A DNA stretch of 64,000 nucleotides. It comes from Candidatus Moraniibacteriota bacterium. GTDB lineage: Bacteria > Patescibacteriota > Minisyncoccia > Moranbacterales > UBA1568. Where the stretch lies: NCBI GenBank assembly GCA_017983435.1, contig JAGOBM010000001.1, positions 47,916 through 111,915 on the forward strand, read 5' to 3'. Below the pieces are notes generated by a model. It had not been told where the DNA came from, made no database searches, and was given only the letters and a program-made list of their open reading frames with translations. Shown piece by piece: positions 57,407-64,000 of the stretch; position 1 is the stretch's first letter, and each line of letters opens with the position of its first letter. The translations under genes and the position numbers were made by a program.

Positions 57407-57604
57407 TTAGGCGAGGGACACATTGGTGGCCGCAGGGCCCTTCTGGCCTTCAGTGACCTCGAAGGTGACGTTGTCGCCGACCTTGAGCTCATCGAAGGTA
57501 ACGCCTACGAGCTCCTTGGAGTGGAAGAAAAGATCCTTCGCCTCGCCATCGCGAGAGATGAATCCGAATCCGCGATCCGTGAGCGTCTTGATAGTTCCGT
57601 TCAT
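57407..57604 (-). CDS. cspA: Cold-shock protein.
   Basis: MNGTIKTLTDRGFGFISRDG...FHSKEL... with RNP1/RNP2 motifs; 65 aa. Confidence 0.9.
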   Translation of the reverse strand: MNGTIKTLTDRGFGFISRDGEAKDLFFHSKELVGVTFDELKVGDNVTFEVTEGQKGPAATNVSLA

Positions 57605-57853
57605 AGTGTTGCTTCTTGGCTTGTTCGATAGAAATCCGACTACATTTCTTCTTGCATTAGTTGCATAGCCACTATAGCATAAAAGATTGTATCGGTCAAT
57701 ACTCTGAAATATCGCTGAAATAAGGGAAAAAAATCGATACAAAACTGAGTTCTGGTTGACGGAATGGAGAGGGTATGACACATTCTGGAAGGTTCTTTTA
57801 ATCGCTCTCTTCGGAGAGTTTTCTGTTTTGATGACGCCTGAAAGGCAGAGGAG

Positions 57854-58876
57854 ATGATCATGAGGAAGCTTGAGAAGCACGAATACGATTCGGTCAAAGG
57901 TATTGGCGGACTTTTGAAACACTATCCGCATTTCCATGCGGTGATAGAGGAACGGCGTCTCGCGGCCGAGAGAGGGGAGGAGCTGCATGAGTTCGTGGTG
58001 CTCCGGCATTTCGTGCTGGATCATTTCGGTCAGGTGGGCAGGATCAGTCCATATCCTGACGGCAGCATGGACCATAAGGGTCTCTGCGAGCCCAAGGCGG
58101 AATTCTTTGCGGACCTGCACGGGAAGTGTCAGTATGTCTCCGTCACGCTGGCGCCGGTCTACTTGCCGCCGCTCAATATACAATGCGCGGGCTGCGGCCA
58201 GTACTACGGTACCGAGGACTGTCATGACGTGATGGTATGGAATGAGCACGAGATCCATCTGCCGCTCGATGAGTTCGTCGGCCGGCAGTTCTGGGAGGTG
58301 AAGCACGCTTTCAGTACTTGTCATACGGCGCACCACTTCTTTTCTCCGCAGGCTATGATCCGGAACGATCGTTTCATCGATCTGGCGCAGGAGCCGTACT
58401 TCGATTCGAAATCGCGGATCAACCAGCGCGGATGGGTCGGTGTCGAGCAGGGGCTCGGCGATTGGTATGTCGTCCAGCCGGGAGATGAGACCTGCTACCA
58501 TCGGACGCAGTATTTCCATCAGGCCTGTTTTGAACCGTGGATGACTGAGAAGACGAGAAGGGAGTTCGAAGCAGTGCTGCTTGCGACCGGTTTCGATGCG
58601 AGCAGCGCTATGACGGTCATGCCCAACGGGTACGGATCTTTCGCGTACCGCGGTCCGTGGTTCCGAGTGGAGCTGCCAGAAGGCTCTCTTCGTATCGGCT
58701 GGCGCAAGCGAGTCATCGAGATCGTCCTGAATGATTGGCCGATAGACTGTGCGAGTCTGTTGGCTGATGAGAGTGTGACGGTGGGTCAGCAGCTGGTACA
58801 TGCCTGGGATTATGACAAGGCAGTGCAGTATCTCAGTCGTATGCGGCAGGCCATGTACGACAAAGTGTCCGTGTAA
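57854..58876 (+). CDS. Hypothetical Cys/His-rich protein, 340 aa.
   Basis: SD GGCAGAGGAG before the ATG; complex composition. The long antisense ORF opposite it is spurious apart from cspA. Confidence 0.55.
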   Translation: MIMRKLEKHEYDSVKGIGGLLKHYPHFHAVIEERRLAAERGEELHEFVVLRHFVLDHFGQVGRISPYPDGSMDHKGLCEPKAEFFADLHGKCQYVSVTLAPVYLPPLNIQCAGCGQYYGTEDCHDVMVWNEHEIHLPLDEFVGRQFWEVKHAFSTCHTAHHFFSPQAMIRNDRFIDLAQEPYFDSKSRINQRGWVGVEQGLGDWYVVQPGDETCYHRTQYFHQACFEPWMTEKTRREFEAVLLATGFDASSAMTVMPNGYGSFAYRGPWFRVELPEGSLRIGWRKRVIEIVLNDWPIDCASLLADESVTVGQQLVHAWDYDKAVQYLSRMRQAMYDKVSV

Positions 58877-58956
58877 GGACGGATCGATTTTTGAAGACCG
58901 AAAGCTCGAATGAGCGAGTAGGTCTTTTTTCTTGGCAGCGATATAATGGAAGTCCT

Positions 58957-60252
58957 ATGAATACTCTCTTCAAAATCATGCTGGCGGCGGGTATCGGAGG
59001 CGTGCTCTGGATGTTTTTTCTCGATCCGGAAAGACCTCCGCAAAATCAGGCGGTCGAGATGCCGGCCCTGATCGATTCAGCGCCAGCTGAAACAGGTGCG
59101 ACGGACAGATCGGATGATCGATCTTTGGCAGTAATCCAAGTGCCGATAGACCGGACGGATGAACGCGTGACTCGGAAGCCTTTCGGCATTCTGATCGATC
59201 CCGAGACATCGCCGGTGCAGCCAGAGCGTTTCCGGGGCTACCACACCGGGACAGACTTTGAGATTTTTCCTGAAGAGGCGGAGAGGGAGGTCCTTATCCG
59301 GGCGGTCTGCAACGGGACGATCGCGGTGAAGCGTGATGCTTCTGGGTATGGCGGCGTCATCGTCGAGCACTGTGAGCTCGGAGGCGAGATCGTGACGGTG
59401 ATCTACGGACATCTGACGCTCGAGAGTGTGAAGGCAAACGCGGGTGGCCGTGTGGAAAGAGGGGATGTGCTTGGCCGGCTCGGCGCGGCTGGAAGCACGG
59501 ATACCGATGGGGAGCGCAAACACCTGCACCTCAGTATCCATAAGGGTGAGGCGATAGATATCCGCGGCTACGTGAGCCGGCGAGCTGATCTGTCCCAGTG
59601 GATCGATCCCTGTCTCTTCTTCTGCTCGGAGACGCGACGAGCTCATGAACCGGTATCATCGATTATGAATCATGTCGTACCGTTTGCGGTGCAGGCGCCA
59701 GCTGGCGCTTGGCAGGACCCGATATTCCAGGACGGATGCGAGGAGGCATCGATACTCATGGCAGCGCATCTGGGAAGAGCAACTCCTTTTTCAGCCGAAG
59801 AAGCGAAACGGGAAATATACAGGCTCTCGAAACTCTCAGCCGAGCTCTTCGGGACGGCGGTGGATACGTCGGCTGAGGACACCTTGACTCTGTTTCGGAA
59901 ATATACCGGCCGGTCGGACGGCGAGCTGCTTGATCCGGCGACGGATGATGGGATGCGGTCAGCTTTGGTATCGGGCTATATTCTCATCGTACCGGTGGAT
60001 GGTCAGGCACTCGGCAATCCGCATTTCACGGCACCGGGACCGGAGACACATATGCTCGTCGTGATCGGATACGATGCGACGACGGGGGAGTATATCACGC
60101 ATGATCCAGGGACGCGCTTCGGCGAGGGGTATCGGTATCCAGAAGAGCGGCTCATCAGGGCGATGCGCGATTATCCGACGGGCGATCATTTGCCTATCGG
60201 GTCGGTCGTGAAGCGGGCGATCGTGATCGGCCAGGGTGCGGATCGGGAGTGA
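58957..60252 (+). CDS. M23/LytM metallopeptidase with a C-terminal papain/C39-like domain.
   Basis: HTGTDFE ... HLHLSIHKG (M23 HxH); C-terminal DGCEEASILMAAH...HMLVVIGYD. Confidence 0.65.
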   Translation: MNTLFKIMLAAGIGGVLWMFFLDPERPPQNQAVEMPALIDSAPAETGATDRSDDRSLAVIQVPIDRTDERVTRKPFGILIDPETSPVQPERFRGYHTGTDFEIFPEEAEREVLIRAVCNGTIAVKRDASGYGGVIVEHCELGGEIVTVIYGHLTLESVKANAGGRVERGDVLGRLGAAGSTDTDGERKHLHLSIHKGEAIDIRGYVSRRADLSQWIDPCLFFCSETRRAHEPVSSIMNHVVPFAVQAPAGAWQDPIFQDGCEEASILMAAHLGRATPFSAEEAKREIYRLSKLSAELFGTAVDTSAEDTLTLFRKYTGRSDGELLDPATDDGMRSALVSGYILIVPVDGQALGNPHFTAPGPETHMLVVIGYDATTGEYITHDPGTRFGEGYRYPEERLIRAMRDYPTGDHLPIGSVVKRAIVIGQGADRE

Positions 60253-60487
60253 TTCGGGTATACTACGGAGGTTCATCATTTTTTTTGCAGTATGTCAGAT
60301 ATCCGACTGCCTTTCGATGCGAGCCGCAACATTTCGGGCCCGCTCGCTTTGCTGATAGTGACAGCGGTGGCCGGTCTGGCGGCCTGGTTTTTATTGTCGA
60401 TCGGCCGTCAGGTGATAGAGAACGCGGAACATTCACCGATGGTGGATGTCAGTCAGCGCTCTTCAGACATCAAACGCTAGACCGATT

Positions 60488-61174
60488 ATGCTCTTCCATT
60501 CCGCTACTCTGATCAGTTGGATCAAAGACTATGTGATGCAGGTGCCGCTTGAGTGGTTCGTTTTTTCGGGGTCGTTTCTTGAAGAAGTCATCAGTCCGAT
60601 ACCGTCGATGCTTATCACCGGCATCGCCGGGTCGCTCGCACTCATGCGGCACGAAGGCTGGTGGTATCTCGCACTCCTGGCACTTTTGGCGAGCTCGGGC
60701 AAGACGATCGGTGCCTGGGTGTATTATGTTTTCGGCGACAAAGGGGAAGATCTCTTGATCGGCCGCGTCGGCCGCTGGCTCGGCGTTACGCATGCGGATG
60801 TCGAGCGCGTCGGCACGCGGTTCACCAGGCATCACTGGAAGGATGGCGGGCTCTTGTTTCTGATACGTGCCGTGCCGTTCATGCCGACCACTCCATTTTC
60901 GGTGGCATCGGGGATCTTCAAGATGGATATCCGCGTCTTCCTCACGGCGACGCTCTCAGGATACTTCGTGAAAGATCTCGGCTATGTCCTGGCGGGGTAT
61001 TTCGGCATTGCGAAACTCTCGACTCTCTGGCGGGATATCCGTGACGTCAAATGGATCTTCGATGACCTGGTCGCGATCGCGATCGTCGTCTCGTTGTATC
61101 TCTTGTATCGACACCGGCATCACGGCCGGCATGTCTGGCGGCGGCTCTGTCAGATCTTCGATCGAAAAAAATAG
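60488..61174 (+). CDS. DedA/VTT-family membrane protein.
   Basis: DedA core EEVISPIPSMLITGIAG...LIRAVPFMPTTPFSVASG. Confidence 0.75.
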   Translation: MLFHSATLISWIKDYVMQVPLEWFVFSGSFLEEVISPIPSMLITGIAGSLALMRHEGWWYLALLALLASSGKTIGAWVYYVFGDKGEDLLIGRVGRWLGVTHADVERVGTRFTRHHWKDGGLLFLIRAVPFMPTTPFSVASGIFKMDIRVFLTATLSGYFVKDLGYVLAGYFGIAKLSTLWRDIRDVKWIFDDLVAIAIVVSLYLLYRHRHHGRHVWRRLCQIFDRKK

Positions 61175-61413
61175 CGTTTATCGGAGCAGCTATTGCACAA
61201 TGTGCTTGAAAAGGTCTCAAAGCCTTCGGTTCTCCATACCGTCCTTCGATCATTTCTCGACGCCACGCCGACAAAATTTCCTGTCCTCTACGTAAGACAT
61301 CGCGTCACGGAAATTTTCTTGCGGCGCTTACGTCGGAAATGATACCGAATGACGGTCAAGGAGACCCAAAAACTTTGAGACCTTTTTACTGAGAGGAAAT
61401 CAAAGAGGGTTGT

Positions 61414-61872
61414 TTAATATATGAATGGGAAGAGCTTCTGGGTGCCGGCCTGGTAGACAGCATAGCCGGGGAATCTGGCCGTGAGCAGGCGCTCTTCATA
61501 GGAGAATTTGATATTGAGCACTGCGAAGAGGAGCGCCCAGGCGATGAAGTGTCCCGGAACTGGATAGTTGAGGAACAGACCGAAGGTCGCTACGATGAGC
61601 GCTGTATACATCGGGTGACGGATGATTGCGTAGGGACCGCTCGTGATGAGCGTGGCAGTGGCATGTGGCTCCGGAGCGATCTTGAATCGGCTCTGGCGCA
61701 TGGTGAAGAGCGCAGAGAGGCCGAGCGCGATGCCGGTGATGACGAGCGTCCCGGCGACGATATCCTGCGGGCCGAAGACCTGACGGATCGGATGGAAGAG
61801 GATGAAGTAGCCGATGATGGCGAATTGCGCGGCGATGAGGAATCGCGACAGCCAAGAAGTTTGATGCGTCAT
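61414..61872 (-). CDS. Isoprenylcysteine carboxyl / phospholipid methyltransferase-family membrane protein.
   Basis: GPYAIIRHPMYTALIV motif. Confidence 0.65.
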   Translation of the reverse strand: MTHQTSWLSRFLIAAQFAIIGYFILFHPIRQVFGPQDIVAGTLVITGIALGLSALFTMRQSRFKIAPEPHATATLITSGPYAIIRHPMYTALIVATFGLFLNYPVPGHFIAWALLFAVLNIKFSYEERLLTARFPGYAVYQAGTQKLFPFIY

Positions 61873-61974
61873 AAGGGAATTGTTTTTTAAGAAAATAATG
61901 ATGGAAAAGTAGATTGTATTTCGTTGATCGAAAAAGCAGATTTTCTTTGAATATCAACCTGGATAATGCGCACT

Positions 61975-62060
61975 CTCCTGGGTTGCGAAAGAGGTTTTCC
62001 CTGCTGCCCGAGACTTCCGAGGCGATAGCGAGGGGAAAAGCTGCTTTCGTGACCCAGGAG
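61975..62060 (+). ncRNA. Candidate structured RNA or repeat element, copy 2: a 9-bp closing stem (CTCCTGGGT/ACCCAGGAG) encloses the core ...CTGCTGCCCGAGACTTCCGAGGCGATAGCGAGGGGAAAAGCTGCTTTCGTGA.
   Basis: Homologous to 12647..12738, with compensatory changes. Confidence 0.4.
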
Positions 62061-62255
62061 AGGCCTCAGGGATAACAACCCCTTCCGCATCTTGAGACAA
62101 GTATTCCTGTTGTGCAGTCTGAGAAATTATTTATATTACCGGAAATCTTTTTTAGTATAACACTGACATCGGTAAGGTGGGGTGTGTTACGATAGAAGCA
62201 TTGACGCTTCGACAGGAGCACCGTAGACTACTCCTTTCCAAAGACACTCATATAT

Positions 62256-64000
62256 ATGAACATATCACCATTCCAATTGAAATCGCCCTGGGGTCCGTCG
62301 GGGGATCAGCCGAAGGCTATCGAAGCGCTGACACGCGGCGTCGGGTCGGGTGCGCCTTTCCAGACGCTGCTCGGAGTGACCGGATCAGGCAAGACGTTTA
62401 CCATGGCCAACGTGATCGCGAATATCGGCAAGCCGACCTTGGTCATCGCGCACAACAAGACGCTTGCGGCTCAGCTGGCCCAGGAGTATCAGGAATTCTT
62501 CCCCGATCATGCGGTGCACTATTTCGTCTCGTACTATGATTTCTATCAGCCGGAAGCCTATCTCCCAGTCACTGATACCTATATTGAGAAAGACGCGCAG
62601 ATCAACGAGGAGATCGACCGGCTGCGGCACGCTTCGACGCAGGCGCTGCTTACCCGGCGCGATACGATCATCGTGGCTTCGGTATCCTGCATCTATGGCT
62701 TGGGGAGTCCGGCAGAATACGAGAAGAAGAATCTTCGCCTTTCGGTCGGGACACCGATGACGCGCACCGAGCTGCTCCATACACTGGTAGCTATCTTTTT
62801 CGAGCGGACGAATGCCGATCTTTCGCCGGGTATGTTCCGCAGTCTCGGCAATCGCGTCGAAGTGATGCCGATATCGGAGAAGTATGTGTATAGCATCGAT
62901 ATCGTGGCGGGAAAAATCGGACATATCGTGAAGATTGATCCAGTGACGCAGAAGATCTTCGAAGAGCCGAAGGATATCTTCCTCTTTCCGGCCAAGCATT
63001 TCATCACCGACGAGAACGAGAAGGAGCAGGCGGTCAAAAATATCCGCGAAGAACTCTCGCTGCGCCTTTCGGAGCTCGATGCCGAGGGGAAGCTTCTCGA
63101 AGTGGAGCGGCTCAAGCGGCGCACGACGTATGATCTCGCGATGATTGAGGAAATCGGCTACTGCAGCGGCATCGAGAATTATTCGCGACATCTTTCGGGC
63201 AAGCTGCCAGGCGAGCCGGCCGAGACGTTGCTCTCATATTTCCCGCACCTGCCGGACGGCACGCCGGATTTCCTGACCGTCATCGACGAGTCGCACGTGA
63301 CGATACCGCAGCTCCGCGGCATGTATGCCGGTGATCAGTCGCGCAAGAAGACACTGGTTGAATTCGGTTTCCGGCTTCCATCGGCGCTCGACAATCGGCC
63401 GCTCCGCTATGAAGAGTTCCTCGAGCGGGTCGGACCGGTCGTCTTTACATCGGCGACTCCGGCGGACTATGAGCGTGAGGTGAGTGAGCAGATCGTCGAG
63501 CAGGTGATCCGGCCGACCGGCCTGCTGGACCCGATCGTCGATGTGCGCGGTGTCCGGGCGGATGAGCCCAGCGACTATCCGGGTCAGATACAGGACTTCA
63601 TCCGTGAGACGGAAATCGAGGTCAAGAAAGGCGGTCGGGTGATCGCGACGACCCTGACCAAGAAGATGGCGGAAGACCTCTCGGTGTACCTCAAAGAAAA
63701 AGGCATCCGATCAGAATACCTGCACAGCGATATCAAGACGATCGATCGTATCAAGATACTGACTTCATTCCGTCGGGGCGAGTTCGACTGCATCGTCGGC
63801 GTCAACCTGCTGCGCGAAGGGCTCGATCTGCCCGAGGTATCGTTCATCGGTATCCTCGATGCGGACAAGGAAGGGTTCCTCCGCTCGGAGACATCGCTTA
63901 TTCAGATCATCGGCCGGGCGGCGCGCAATGCGAGCGGCCGGGTGACGCTCTATGCCGACCGCATGACCGGTTCGATCAACTATGCTCTCAGCGAGACGAA
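62256..64000 (+). CDS. uvrB: Excinuclease ABC subunit B, 5' partial; continues beyond the window.
   Basis: N-terminus F.LKSPWGPSGDQPKAIEALTRGV; Walker A GVTGSGKTFT; helicase motifs; YYDFYQPEAY. Confidence 0.9.
   Translation, partial: MNISPFQLKSPWGPSGDQPKAIEALTRGVGSGAPFQTLLGVTGSGKTFTMANVIANIGKPTLVIAHNKTLAAQLAQEYQEFFPDHAVHYFVSYYDFYQPEAYLPVTDTYIEKDAQINEEIDRLRHASTQALLTRRDTIIVASVSCIYGLGSPAEYEKKNLRLSVGTPMTRTELLHTLVAIFFERTNADLSPGMFRSLGNRVEVMPISEKYVYSIDIVAGKIGHIVKIDPVTQKIFEEPKDIFLFPAKHFITDENEKEQAVKNIREELSLRLSELDAEGKLLEVERLKRRTTYDLAMIEEIGYCSGIENYSRHLSGKLPGEPAETLLSYFPHLPDGTPDFLTVIDESHVTIPQLRGMYAGDQSRKKTLVEFGFRLPSALDNRPLRYEEFLERVGPVVFTSATPADYEREVSEQIVEQVIRPTGLLDPIVDVRGVRADEPSDYPGQIQDFIRETEIEVKKGGRVIATTLTKKMAEDLSVYLKEKGIRSEYLHSDIKTIDRIKILTSFRRGEFDCIVGVNLLREGLDLPEVSFIGILDADKEGFLRSETSLIQIIGRAARNASGRVTLYADRMTGSINYALSET

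Noticed and set aside
57407-58801. 464-aa minus-strand ORF
   Set aside because: Only the last 65 codons are real (cspA, 57407..57604). The rest is antisense to a better-supported plus-strand gene that has an SD.
1-64000. CRISPR arrays, integrases or transposases
   Set aside because: I found no regularly spaced short repeats and no recombinase or transposase-like ORF anywhere in the window, including inside the island.

Overview
This 64-kb window appears to be high-GC bacterial chromosome with a compact, small-genome layout, possibly from a CPR/Patescibacteria-like organism; that assignment is inference only. Most of it is housekeeping: rel, a divergently transcribed zur-znuABC zinc-uptake operon with a palindromic Zur box inside a sigma70-like promoter, topA, dprA, a cluster of five tRNA genes, a DEAD-box helicase, a MacAB-like ABC export set, nrdD/nrdG, phoH2, a Pif1-like helicase, msrB/msrA, an MFS transporter, queH, dinD-lexA, a DnaQ-like exonuclease, cspA, and the 5' part of uvrB. 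The most unusual feature is an AT-rich island of about 8.75 kb (40922..49670). It is bounded by perfect 20-bp direct repeats whose core is the palindrome GTTACGTAAC. It encodes a 1102-aa PLD(HKD)-nuclease/SNF2-helicase fusion that is translationally coupled to a 1041-aa gamma-class N6-adenine methyltransferase of the Eco57I/PglX type. It also carries a small AbrB/MazE-like protein, two hypothetical proteins (one with AbiJ/HEPN-like features) and a small membrane protein, and no integrase. This is restriction-modification-like and partly resembles DISARM, but it matches no canonical type I, type III, type ISP, BREX or DISARM architecture, so it is a candidate undescribed defence module. Other observations worth checking: (i) a structured motif of about 85 nt present at two distant intergenic sites with compensatory stem changes (ncRNA candidate); (ii) tRNA-fragment duplications in the tRNA cluster that look like integration scars; (iii) an OlsB/OlsA-like acyltransferase pair with its own ACP, PPTase and ThiF-like protein (possible aminolipid biosynthesis); (iv) a PAS-ECF sigma factor fusion; (v) tandem SGNH hydrolase paralogs; (vi) a frameshifted hexapeptide acetyltransferase; (vii) a PaaX-like regulator flanked by palindromic repeats; and (viii) an SOS and competence-related neighbourhood (dinD, lexA, DUF3800, tfoX-N).
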